From the human T2T-CHM13v2.0 reference genome, Homo sapiens: a stretch of 64,000 bases of DNA. The notes beneath the pieces are model-generated. The model was not told where the DNA came from. It was given only the letters and a program-made list of their open reading frames with translations, and ran no database searches. This document shows, in pieces, positions 1 to 13,028 of the stretch. Positions within the stretch are counted from its first letter, which is position 1. Every line of letters begins with the position of its first letter. Both the position numbers and the translations under genes were made by a program. The DNA lies in NCBI RefSeq assembly GCF_009914755.1, contig NC_060929.1. One strand, given 5' to 3'.

Positions 1-19
1 CAGACATAAAAGGATGACT

Positions 20-360
20 AGGGAGTACAGTGCCAAGGAAGTCAAGAGAAGCAACAATTTTCAGAGGGAGATGGGGCCCACAGAGTAAAATGCTCCCAAG
101 CTCTCCTTGGGGTCTTGTTGGGAGACAGACCTGGCTTAGGATGGAAGGTGGATGTCAGGGCACCACTGAGTGAGATGAGCTGAGGACCAAGCCTTGTGGC
201 TCTTGAGTCTCTGGGAGTGTTTTCTTGCAAGTGCTGTGGGGTCCCTGGTGCTGAGGAGTTGATTTTAGGCGGTATGCTCGGAGGGCTGATGAGAGTCAGT
301 GTAGCCTGGCTAGGTTTATGTCATGACCTGAGGTCTCATTTCAAATACAGCCTCTAGAGA
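20..360 (-). mobile_element. L2 LINE fragment (ancient, degenerate)
   Basis: Resembles antisense L2 body (gccaaggaagtcaagagaa...tcagagggagatgggg...aaatgctcc); boundaries approximate. Confidence 0.4.
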
Positions 361-2734
361 ACCGGAGATAAGGGGAAGATTCTTTTTAGCATGTCTCTGA
401 TCCAACAGTGTGAAGACAGGCTTCAGGAATAGAGATGGGGCATCCAGGACCTAATATTTTATAGTATTTTCTTTTCCAATTACCTTTGATGGCAGTTGTG
501 GCAGAAACGGCTAACTGACCACTTGAAATCTGTGCTTCCCCTTCACGGTGTAGGGTTATTGCTGGGAAGTGACTGCCCAGCCATTGACTACACGTTCCTG
601 CTCTCTTGAATCTGGAGAGGAGCATATTGCTAGTTCTGATCACAGTGGTATATGAGTAGACATGAAGTATGTCATTGTTCAGCCAAAGAGGCAAAGTTTC
701 TAATGTGCTTTCATCACAAACTCTCTTTCCCATTGGTGAAAACCTTAGATTCCAAGTGCTGAGATGGTAGTTTCACAAGAAGAAGAGGAAAATACTTAGA
801 GGGGAAATACCTAACCAGAACTATCTGTTTTGGACTTGAATTTTAAAAAGTTTTTAAAAATAAAATAAATAAGAACCTTTATTGAGTGTAGCCACCAGGT
901 TTGGGGATTATTTGTTGTAACAGCTAATATTGCTTACCCTGACAAATATAAGAAGTGATGCCGCTTTTCCATTTTGGTAATTGTATAAGTTTTCTTCAAA
1001 ATAAGTTTATTTAAATAAGAAAATGAGTACATTTAGAGAACAATGTTAAATCAACAATAGTACAAGTGTACACAAATAAGAAAAAAAATTTTTCTCAAAT
1101 GACCCAATTTGGGAAGCACTGGCCTGTAGCAAGCATAGATGTCCTCATGTCACCTTTGAAGAAATGGAAGAGAATTCTAGACTAGAGAATTTCAAGAGGG
1201 AAAGAGTAATCAATGTGTGCAATGCCTTCAAGTGTTTTTTGGGGTTCTGTAGGGAAAATGCCAATGGTGCTAGATCAGGGGGCTGTTACAGCATAATGGG
1301 CAAAATTAATCTTAGGATGAAGCAATGTGATCCCACGGCTTACCAAAGTCATATTTCAATAATCCATGGGGAAGATGTGATCCCCAAAAGTGTTTCTTTG
1401 TGCCTGCACAATGATTTTTTTTTAATGAGCAATTATTCACTAATCTGGAGATTTTACATTAAGCTCAGAATTCCTAGTTTCTCTTGAAAAATCAAAATAT
1501 CCAGCCAACACTGGACCAGCATTTCCTGCAGCGTCTACACCCCGCACATACACCCAGCAGGCTTCAGCTGGAGCTCAGTAGTGAAGTCTCCTCCAGACAG
1601 AGCATTTCTCCACAGTCCCCACCACTCCTTATTGTCTGTCTTCCTGACCCTGAGGCCAAGTGGCTAAGTGACAGTAAGCACGCATCACTTACACTGATGC
1701 TTTGCTTTGGGAAGAGGACTATTTCTCTGTTCCTATGCCGCTATCAAAAGAGAAAAACAAACTGTTAAGCAAAAGGGCCATGTGTTTCAAGAAAAATTAG
1801 AGAGAACTTTTTTTGGCAGAAGTTAAAAATATTCTTATGGGTTTAATATGTAAATACAGAGAATCTGTATTGAAAGAAAACAACTGAAAACACCATGAAA
1901 ACAAGAAATAGTTAAAACTATAACCAGTCTATGGCGAAGGTGTGTGATGAAGCGCTTAATGAACTGAAAAGTAAAATCACTGCAAGGTTTGCTTTAGAGT
2001 GCTAATAAAATAGGCAATAATACAGTGAAAGTAAACAGATATATTTGATCGGCATCACTCATTTCGGTAAAGTACACAGTCCTCTTAGACTTTTGAGTTT
2101 GTGGCCATTGGCCATTAGCAAGCACAGTAGACCTTCGGAAGCTCTAGGGAAATGGAATACATTCAGAGAACAGGGCGAAGAGTTGAGGACTATAATGATA
2201 TTGCCCCATGAGGTATTATTCCTGCCTTCTTCCCACATCCTTCCTTCGCTTGCCTCCTTTCCACTCCTCCTCTCATTCCTAGTGTCCCCCATCAACTCCA
2301 GGAGGCTGAAAGCCCCCTGTTATCCCTCACTCCAGCTTTGTGCTGCTTCTGATGCTCAGAATGGGCAAAGCCATCTCCTTTCTGTTGCCTATGGCCAGCA
2401 CAGCAGTTAGGGCTGCTGAGCCCTGATCAAAGGTACAGCCCTCCAGGGACCATGTGTACAAAGACAAAAGAGGAAATCCCTCCTGGATGTTCCCCTAGCT
2501 AAATGTGGAGATGTAGAAGACATAGGCTTATAAGAAGGGAAGAAATTTTAAATGAAATAAAGAGAAATTAAAAGAGGAGGGCAGGAAGAAATATGAATGC
2601 AGTGTAAGCCTTATCTAATCATGACACCAAGTGCCCAAACAGGCCAAGATCCCTGAAGATGCCTAATGTGAATCATAAACATTATTTATCTAATATATAA
2701 GATAAAATAATGGGAAGATCTGTATGTAGGGTCA

Positions 2735-2925
2735 AAGCAGACTCAACTTCAAATCCTGGTGCCACTGTCTACTCACCATCCACCTTTTCTGCAAGTTGCT
2801 CCCTGTCTATGAGTGTAAGTTTTCTCACCTGTAACATGGATGTAAAATTCCTTACCCTATAAATTGTTGAGTCGTAATGAGATCACATGCACAGGGCCTG
2901 GCACAGCAAAATGTGATAACAGCAA
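2735..2925 (+). mobile_element. MIR SINE
   Basis: ttcaaatcctggtgccact...agttttctcacctgtaacatgg...gggcctggcacag matches the MIR core and tail. Confidence 0.7.
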
Positions 2926-3139
2926 AATGTAGGAAAACCACACTACATGAGAAACATTAAACCTCTACTCAACAGCTGTATTTGCTTGTCTGGCATGGAC
3001 CTCATAAATTTTCGTTGCAGTACTGTGGAAATAACAAAGTATTTAGAACCTGACTGATCTGAATCTGCCATTCTTAAGAGCCCAGGTTCTGGATAATAAG
3101 AAAAGCTACGTTTTCCCAGGCATCTTGCTATCAGCATGA

Positions 3140-3290
3140 GATTTTGCAAAGCACTTAATAGACATCATCTAATTTAAACACTCATGCAATTGGCATTATT
3201 ATTCCTGTTTTACACATGAAGAAACTTAGGCTAGCAAAGGTTATATAACTTGCTCAAGATCCAATGCCCTTTGCTCTAAACCACTGCTAC
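3140..3290 (-). mobile_element. MIR SINE
   Basis: attattattcctgttttacacatgaagaaacttaggct...aacttgctcaagatc is the antisense MIR core. Confidence 0.7.
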
Positions 3291-3675
3291 AGCTCCCTCT
3301 TGAAGCCTGGCCCTTCAGGGAGTTTAGCCCTTTCCTGAACTCCTGCCCCACTGTCCCACCAACCCTGTCCCATCTCTCTTCTCCCTAACAGGCCCCCAGC
3401 CTCACTAGATTGTCATGCATCTGTCACTATGATCCCAGTCTCTTACTGGGCCTCCAGGACCCATCTGAATTGCTATCCACCCCCCATCTTCAGGGTGTTT
3501 CCTGTCTGGAGTTTGCTTCTCTCTCTCCCTGCAGATGAGCTTATCATGGGGCTCCCAATGCCTGGCACAGAGCCTTATATCTAATCAGTGCCCAGTACAC
3601 CCAAGTCTTCTTTTCCTCCGACCCTGCTACCTTAACATGGGGGAATGTTCTTCATTCTTATCTCAAAAGGTATGC

Positions 3676-4866
<1,191 letters not shown>

Positions 4867-6012
4867 CAATGGGGGAATAGTATGTCTTTGGGACCTACAA
4901 GCCTTTACTATTTGTTCTCTTTTCAGAGCTTTAGCTTATTTAGCACACAATTTCGACAATTAAAGGTTACATTTAATCTATCTTGTATGCAAAGTCTTGC
5001 ATCCCCTGAAGCCTGAGGAAGGAAAAAATGCCATCCTATGATCATTTCATTATATAACACTTCATGCAACACCCGGGAGGAAATGTCTCCAGGAAAAAGA
5101 TAAAAATACTTCTGAGATTAAAAAAAAAAAAAAAAAAAAAAAAACCTCTGCTGCTGCTTCCTTTTTCTCCATTACTTCAAATCCAGACAGGCAAAAGTGA
5201 GTAATTAAAAAAAAAATTCTGGTGTTATTTAAAGTGAATTTGGATAACGACCAAGCAGTTCGAACATTAATAGCATGGCATGCACGTCAGCGTGTTGGAC
5301 TCTGTCACCCAATTGCCTACTATCCCAAATGACTTCCCCACACAGTCTAGACTTTGTGTTTAGGCGTGTGAAGGTTGTTTTCAGTTTTCTCTGTGTGTTT
5401 CTTTTCTTTTTTTTGCCAAAAAGATTAAAAACCAGCTGGACTCAGAAACTGTCTTTCACCTTCCTTCTCTACTGTGCAAATAGCCACAGATGACACACAA
5501 AGTCAGGCAAAGCGGATTTGGGGAACTTCAGAGAGGGTCCCATAGGTGTGCATATGGACACACACACATGTAGGTAGACGGGTAGCTACATGTGATGACA
5601 GATAAACAGAGAGAAAGACTGAAAAATGAGAGATCGACACACCAAGAAATAAAGCTACATTCTAGCATTAAGATAAGCTTCAGAGCCTGAATACCCTTGG
5701 AAGGTGTAAATGCTTCCTGGCTTGGCTTTTGCATGGCTCCCTCTAATATGCTTTCATCACAGGCTTTTATGTTGACGGATCCAAAATGGCTGAAAAAGGC
5801 CCACTTTTGTAGAACGCGCTCTAGGCAGACAATGGCTATCTTTGCTTCTTCTGAGGGGTGTGCGTGCACCAACTAAGTGACACTTACTGGAATAGAGTCA
5901 GAAGGTTAGAAGTATGAATGAAACACAATTCCACCATCAAGAAGATAACACCTACTGGAATAGAAGACAGGCACATCAACAGGCTACTGTATTTCAGGAG
6001 TTGCTAACCCAC

Positions 6013-6208
6013 CTCCCACAGGGACTGGGCAGGTTGGTGTGAGTGGCCAAAAGGTACCCAGTGGGGCCACCTGCACATCAGAGTCCATGAGCCTCTCTGG
6101 AAAGGCAGCCAGAAGCTCAGCGCTGCCCGACTGTTGCCATGCAATAAAATAGTCCAGGGTGCCTGGATCTTCCAATTTGTAAAGAACAACCCAAATGTGG
6201 TTTGGTGC
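6013..6208 (-). other. Candidate non-coding exon (196 nt)
   Basis: Minus-strand acceptor ttttatacag|GCACC and donor GGAG|gtgggt around non-repetitive sequence; splice motifs only. Confidence 0.2.
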
Positions 6209-6259
6209 CTGTATAAAATTTCAGAATACTGCTATTTTGCCAATTAATTTAAAAAGTTA

Positions 6260-6618
<359 letters not shown>

Positions 6619-6677
6619 TGATGCCAGTAGTAATCTTTGATATCACAAAGTATTAGAAACAATATAAGAGTATAGAG

Positions 6678-6709
<32 letters not shown>

Positions 6710-7966
6710 ATAATTCCACAAGGTTGGGGAGGGGTTAGGGAGAAGAATTGCACGTGTGCAGTTTTTTACCAAGCATAAAAGTAATGGGGAAGGCATTTCT
6801 GGCAATAGGAAGAGCACATAGCAAAGCACAGTGGAGTGTGCACAGGATGTGGCTGTCACAGGACAGGGCCTGTACCCTTCCAGCCATTGCAATGCATTCC
6901 TTTCTGTCTTCCACCCAATACACAGGTTTTCTGTCGTTTGTAAGCCACTGATGCTCATGAGCGCTCTACATGAGACACCATACGGGCAGACTGGGAAGAA
7001 TTGAGGTTAGACCTTCTGTGAAGTCTCAGAGCCTTGGTGCAAATCTAGGGAGAGACCTCTGGGGCAGGAGGGTGGCAGGACGGATGCAGGGGAGAAGGCA
7101 TTCCCGGGCTTTTCTCTGGCTGCAGCCCGGACAGGGACAGACAGATATGTCTACTTATCAAAGGTGGATCTCATCTGCCCTACCACTGGCTGCCGGGACC
7201 ACAAATATCCAGACATCTGGGAAGAAGTCAGGGGCACAGAAGGGCAGCATGGAGAGGGTGTGTGTTTTCAGGAAGCATCTACCACATGTGGCCAAGTGGA
7301 ATCCCCTCCCCACTTCACCTGGTCACATGTGAAAGGCAGGCTGGGTCCCAGGGAATGATACATCTGTTTTTGCAGTGAGAGTTACGGAAACCCTGTATTT
7401 AAAAGGTGTCGCTGCGTGGATGTATCTGTAACTCATCTGTGGACCAGTTACAATTTGCTTGGCCCCCTGGCAGTTACTGAGATGAGCCCCATAGAACTTA
7501 GTGGTAGGATCCCATCTTGAAGACTAACTGCCCTGTAGAACTGTGTCCCTTCCAAAGTAAGCCAAGAAAATGAACCACACTTTTTCCCCCATTTTTCCCT
7601 AATGCACAGTTTTCCTCATTCCATCCCATCATTCAACGTTCATCAAGAGCCGGGCACTGGGCCCTGTCCTGAAAATACAGATGTAAATAAAATATGACCC
7701 CTTCCTTCAAAGATACCCATTCCACTTGATCTGCTTGCTGCATGTAAGCAGGACTTTAGAGATTTGACTTTGTTGAGAAATTAATGACTGGAACGGGCTT
7801 TCAGTCTCCTCTCTCATCTTGTAGGTGTGTGGAGCACCCAAAAATCTCAACGCCAGAACGCAGAGAAATGGGAACCCTCGTGCACGGCAGGTGAGAATGT
7901 GAAATGGTGCAGCCACTGTGGCAAACAGGATGGCAGTTCCGCAAGTAATTAAAAATAGAAGTACCA

Positions 7967-8500
7967 GGATCTAATTAAACTAAAAAGCTTCTGCACAGCA
8001 AAAGAAACTACCATCAGAGTGAACAGGCAACCTACAGAATAGGAGAAAATTTTTACAATCAACCCATCTGACAAAGGGCTAATATCCAGAATCTACAAAG
8101 AACTTAAACAAATTTACAAGAAAAAAATCAAACAATCCCATCAAAAACTGGGCAAAGGATATGAACAGACACTTCTCAAAAGAAGACATTTATGCAGCCA
8201 AAAAACACATGAAAAAATGCTCATCATCACTGGCCATCAGAGAAATGCAAATCAAAACCACAATGAGATACCATCTCACACCAGTTAGAATGGCGACCAT
8301 TAAAAAGTCAGGAAACAACAGGTGCTGGAGAGGATGTGGAGAAATAGGAACGCTTTGACACTGTTGGTGGGACTGTAAACTAGTTCAACCATTGTGGAAG
8401 ACAGTGTGGCGATTCCTCAAGGATCTAGAACTAGAAATACCATTTGACCCAACCATCCCATTACTGGGTATGTACCCAAAGGATTATAAATCATGCTGCT
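7967..8500 (+). mobile_element. L1PA ORF2 internal fragment (5' part of chimeric insertion)
   Basis: ORF 8161-8358 [45 protein letters not shown] is young L1 ORF2p; ends abruptly at ggattataaatcatgctgct, before the L1 3'UTR. Confidence 0.95.
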
Positions 8501-8919
8501 GAGAGCAAGTAGTTATTTGGAATTTCGTGTATGGAAAACAGAAATTAAAGAACTGCTAATTCCCTTCTGCCAAAACAAGTGGCAGAGAGTACCAGTGTGC
8601 TTGTGCAGTGAAATGGGGGCCTCCGGGACCAGGCAGCCAGCCAAAGCCCTTGCAAACCAAAGCAGAGGCAAAGGCAGTTACACCCATCATTTGGTGTGTA
8701 AGAACTTAGGCTGAACCCAATCATGTTTTCTTTAAGACTTGGCGAGTGTGGTGCCCGTGGTGATCAGCCGATCTGTTTTAAGGCATCAGGGCATTAACTT
8801 GATTGTACTTTACAGATATTATCATTCCCTTCTGTCCACTTGCATAAAATCTGAAGTATGTCAAAGGTTTTTTTTTTTTAAATAAAAGTACATTATTAAA
8901 AAAAAAATAAAGTAAAAAT
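8501..8919 (+). pseudogene. Retrotransposed non-L1 polyadenylated sequence (mRNA 3' end or 3' transduction) inside the same TSDs
   Basis: Non-repeat-looking sequence, AATAAA at 8881-8886, A-rich tail from 8898, then right TSD 8920-8935. Confidence 0.7.
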
Positions 8920-9150
8920 AAAAATAGAAGTACCATATGATCCAGAAATTCTACTTCTGGGTGTAGACCCAAAAGAATTGAAAGCAGAGTCTTGAAGACA
9001 CATGAACATATCCATACTCATAGCAGCATTATTCACAATAGCCAAAAGGTGGAAACAACTGAAGCGGCCACTAATGGATGAATGAATAAGTGAAATGTGG
9101 CATATCCATATAATGGAATGCGAGTCAGCCTTAAAATGGAAGGAAATTCT

Positions 9151-9411
9151 GGCCATGTGCAGCGGCCACTTGTAATCCCAGCACTTTGGGAGGCCCCCAG
9201 GTGGACTGCTTGAGTCAAGGAGTTCAAGCCCAACCTGGGCAACATGGCAAAACTCTGTCTCTACAAAAAGCGTTTTTAAAAAATTAGCCCGGTGTTGTGG
9301 CATGCGCCTACAGTCCTAGCTACTTGAGGGGGCTGAGGCAGGAGAATCACTTGAGCTCAGGAGGTTGATGCTACAGTGAGCTGAGATCAGGCCACTGCAC
9401 TCCAGCCTGTG
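9151..9411 (+). mobile_element. AluJ, lacking 3' end and tail
   Basis: Sense Alu ggccatgtgcagcggcc...gcactccagcctgtg; no A-tail, L1 resumes directly. Confidence 0.9.
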
Positions 9412-10084
9412 TCCAAAATAATGTGATTTCACTTATATGGGGTAACTTGACTAGTCAATTCATAGAGACAGAAAGTAGAATGGTGATTGCCAGGGACTTA
9501 GGGGTGGGGAATGGGGAGGTGTTGTTTACTGGGTACAGTTTTAGTTTTGCAAGATGAAAAGAGTTCTGGAGAGTGGGTGCACAACGATGTGAAGATACTT
9601 AACACCACTGAGCTATGCACTTGAAAATGGTGAAGAAGGCAAATTTTACATTATATATATTGTGTCATAATTAAAAAAAAAACACAAACCTACATACCAG
9701 ATATGCTGTTACTGCACACTGAACAGTGCTCACACCCAGATATTGCCATGCCACTGCTCTGCCTAACTTTCAGCAGGTCCAACCAAACCTTTAGGTGCAG
9801 AGGGTAAGGCTCTTTGCAATCTGACCTAACATCCCCTGATGGCCTCTATTGCCTCCCCTCCCATACTGTCCAGCCACACTGACCACAGTGGAAAAACCAG
9901 CTACACTGGCTTGCTGAATAAATGAAATTTTGTGTGTATTGGAGATGGGTTGAGATCTTACAGAAGAACATGAGGGCTAAGTCGTAGGGAAAGACAGATA
10001 TCTTTCTATTAGTTATCTAATTTTTGTGTAACAGTGAGAAAGCATCTGTGCTACATTCTTAGAAGTATATATATATATTTTCTC

Positions 10085-10920
10085 TTTCTTTCTTAGAAAT
10101 ATATATAAGAATATATATTTCTTAGAATATATATAAGAATATATATTTCTTAGAATATATATAAGAATATATATTTCTTAGAATATATATAAGAATGTAT
10201 ATTTCTTAGAATATATATAAGAATGTATATTTCTTAGAATATATATAAGAATGTATATTTCTTAGAATATATATAAGAACGTATATTTCTTAGAATATAT
10301 ATAAGAACGTATATTTCTTAGAATATATATAAGAACGTATATTTCTTAGAATATATATAAGAACGTATATTTCTTAGAATATATATAAGAACGTATATTT
10401 CTTAGAATATATATAAGAACGTATATTTCTTAGAATATATATAAGAACGTATATTTCTTAGAATATATATAAGAATGTATATTTCTTAGAATATATATAA
10501 GAATGTATATTTCTTAGAATATATATAAGAATGTATATTTCTTAGAATATATATAAGAATGTATATTTCTTAGAATATATATAAGAATGTATATTTCTTA
10601 GAATATATATAAGAATGTATATTTCTTAGAATATATATAAGAATGTATATTTCTTAGAATATATATAAGAATATATATTCTTAGAATATATATAAGTATA
10701 TTCTTCGAATATATATAAGAATATATATACTTAGAAATATATATAAGAATATAAATATTAGAAATATATATAAGAATATATATATTCAAATATATATAAG
10801 AATATATATATTCTTAGAAATATAAGAATATATATATTCTTATATATATCTAAGAATATATATATTCTTAGATATATATAAGAATATATATATTCTATAT
10901 TCTTAGAATATTCTTAGAAA
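10085..10920. repeat. AT-rich minisatellite/VNTR, 28-bp unit ATTTCTTAGAATATATATAAGAA(TA/TG/CG)TAT
   Basis: Phase recurs exactly after 420 bp (10201 vs 10621 = 15 x 28); ~20 regular units, then degenerate copies. Confidence 0.97.
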
Positions 10921-11082
10921 CAGAGACTGTTTCAGCCACGTAGGGACTCAAACCAAAACATTGATATAATCAAAATTTATGTAGCTTTCTAGCATGTTTC
11001 TCTGACTTTTCCCATCTTACCTCCACTAGAAGCCTGAGAATTAGAAATTATCTCTATTTTATAGATGAAATACTAAGGCTTC

Positions 11083-11446
11083 TGATATGGTTTGGCTGTG
11101 TCCCCACCCAAGTCCCATCTTGAATTGTAGCTCCCATAATTCCCACGTGTCATGGTAGGGAGCTGGTGGGAGGCAATTGAATCATGGGGGTGGGTCTTTC
11201 CTGTGCTGTTCTCGTGATAGTGAGTAAGTCTCATGAGATCTGATGGTTTTATAAAGGGGAGTTCCCCTACACAAGCTCTGTTGCCTGCCACCATGTAAGA
11301 CGTGACTTTGCTCCTCATTCACCTTCCACCATGATTGTGAGGCATCCCCAGCCATGTGAAACTGTGAGTCAATTAAATTTCTTTCCTCTATAAATTACCC
11401 AGTCTCGGCTATGTCTTTATTAGCAGTGTGAGAACATATTAATACA
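11083..11446 (+). mobile_element. THE1 (B/C-like) MaLR solo LTR inserted in a MIR
   Basis: tgatatggtttggctgtgtcccc...taataca with 5-bp TSD GCTTC (11078-11082, 11447-11451). Confidence 0.95.
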
Positions 11447-11552
11447 GCTTCTCTGAGAGAAAGGACTATCCCCAGATCACACAGCTAATAAAGGCAGAAG
11501 CAGGGCTGGAACCCTTTTTCTGGCTCCTAATCCAATGTTCTTTCCTCTTTAT

Positions 11553-11735
11553 CAGCAATTCTCAAACTGGAGCATGTCTTAGCATCATCTGGAGGGCTTG
11601 TTAGGCAAGAATTGGTGAGCCCCATCCCAGAATCTCCGATTCAGTAGGTCTGGGGTGGAGCCAGGAAATACGCTTTTCTATCAAGCTCCCAGGAATACCT
11701 GCTGGGTCCAGGGGCCACATATTGAGCACTACCAG
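11553..11735. mobile_element. MER5A hAT-Charlie DNA transposon
   Basis: cagcaattctcaaact...gattcagtaggtctggggtgg...ccacatattgag resembles MER5A. Confidence 0.75.
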
Positions 11736-12134
11736 GCTACATCAAAGCTGCCTCGTCTTCTAGACAAGGGACACTGCCAGGTGACTGTCCTTGCCATGTA
11801 GGGGACACACTACCATCAGGGATAGCCATAGAGGTCGCAGTCAAGGTTTTAGAGGGAGTCCATATAGAATACTTTTCCTTCTCAAGTTTGGAACCAATTG
11901 AGAAATAAAGCACAGGAGGCAGAGATAAACATTTACCCACTTTGTTACTCAAAAAACTGATTAAAAAGTAAGGCTTTAGATAAATGGTCTCTGTAGGTTT
12001 TCTAAAAAAAGTTGTCTCTGAATTGAAACTTAATCACCCAAATTTTTGGTCTTTAGTCTTGCTGGGGCAGAGCTCTGAACTGGTAAGCTCGCCACACAGC
12101 GGAGAGCAGACAAGAATGGGACATTTCTGGGGAG

Positions 12135-12718
12135 CAGGTAGATTCAAAACACAGAACTCAGAGCTTACCCATTCTCTCCTCCCTGAGAAAGACAGCCACT
12201 GACATCCAGGAGCTGGCTTGGCACTCACAGCTGGAGCTTGGTCTTCTATTCAATGTAAAGACAGTTTCTTCCAACATTGCCATCAGACAAGGGCACTCTG
12301 TGACCATGATTGAGCAAGACAAACGCAAGACGACTTTGAAGTCATGTCTGAACACAGACAATAGTAAGAACATTGTCAAAACCACAAAATCCCAATTATC
12401 TCCCTCTTCCTGCTGGCATGACCACTGACAGGTGCTCACTCTAGCCTGCCTTCCTTAGAGATAAGATTTATTGAGATGCCCAGTCATAGACTTACCTCCA
12501 CTTCCTGACAGCATCCAACCTGGAGCAAAGCCCAGTTTCCTTAAAGGCTCCTCAAAATGACGACCTTACACTAGCCCTGATCCTTTAATAAGTCTTCCTT
12601 AACTCTCTCCTACTGAGACACCCCATGGTATACATTCTCCCTTGCTCAATGAGTAATAAACACAAGGTGTTTAACGACAGGTGTATTCTTGGTGGCCTCT
12701 GACTTCATGACTCTGACA
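12135..12718 (+). mobile_element. ERVL-type solo LTR (MER77-like)
   Basis: catcagacaagggcactctgtgaccatgat motif, AATAAA near 12655 and 3' end acaggtgtattcttggtggcc...tgaca. Confidence 0.65.
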
Positions 12719-12851
12719 TCCAAAACTCACCAATCAGGGGTGGAGTGAGAGGAAGGAAGAAGAGATATGGGTGTGTTTCTCCCATACTTTTTCTTCCCAT
12801 CTATGGAGACTTGAGGAGAGAGGAATATGTATCACTGCCATCAACAGTTAC

Positions 12852-13028
12852 CTGGAAGACCCAAATAATGCTGAAGTCCTTCCATCCTTCCTGCCAGCTG
12901 GTCCCCCTCTGCTTGAACCTCAGGTGATGGGCAATTCCCAGCTTCCTCTTTGAGTTCCTTAGCTCTTCAGGCAAACTTGCCTGCTTGAGGTCCCTACACA
13001 GTCCTGGTACTGCAGTGTATCCCATCTC
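12852..13028 (-). other. Candidate exon (177 nt, open in phase 0)
   Basis: Acceptor tttgattctcccag|GAG, donor CCAG|gtaact; 59 stop-free codons EMGYTAVPG...IIWVFQ; peptide not recognised. Confidence 0.3.

Larger units (their letters stand above)
7857..9682 (+). mobile_element. L1MB-type 3' fragment hosting a chimeric retro-insertion (7967-8919) and an AluJ
   Basis: L1M sequence ...aaaaatagaagtacca breaks at 7966 and resumes at 8920 with aaaaatagaagtaccatatgatccag; 3'UTR continues 9414-9682. Confidence 0.85.

Noticed and set aside
5120-5143. Long A-run as the tail of a retrocopy
   Set aside because: No upstream SINE, LINE or mRNA body and no clear TSD; treated as a mononucleotide microsatellite
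7967-8500. Local duplication from the L1 arm at 45590-46166
   Set aside because: It lacks the 25-bp duplication, differs at many positions and has different flanks; these are independent insertions
10085-10920. CRISPR-like array
   Set aside because: Head-to-tail 28-bp units with no unique spacers, no cas genes, eukaryotic context
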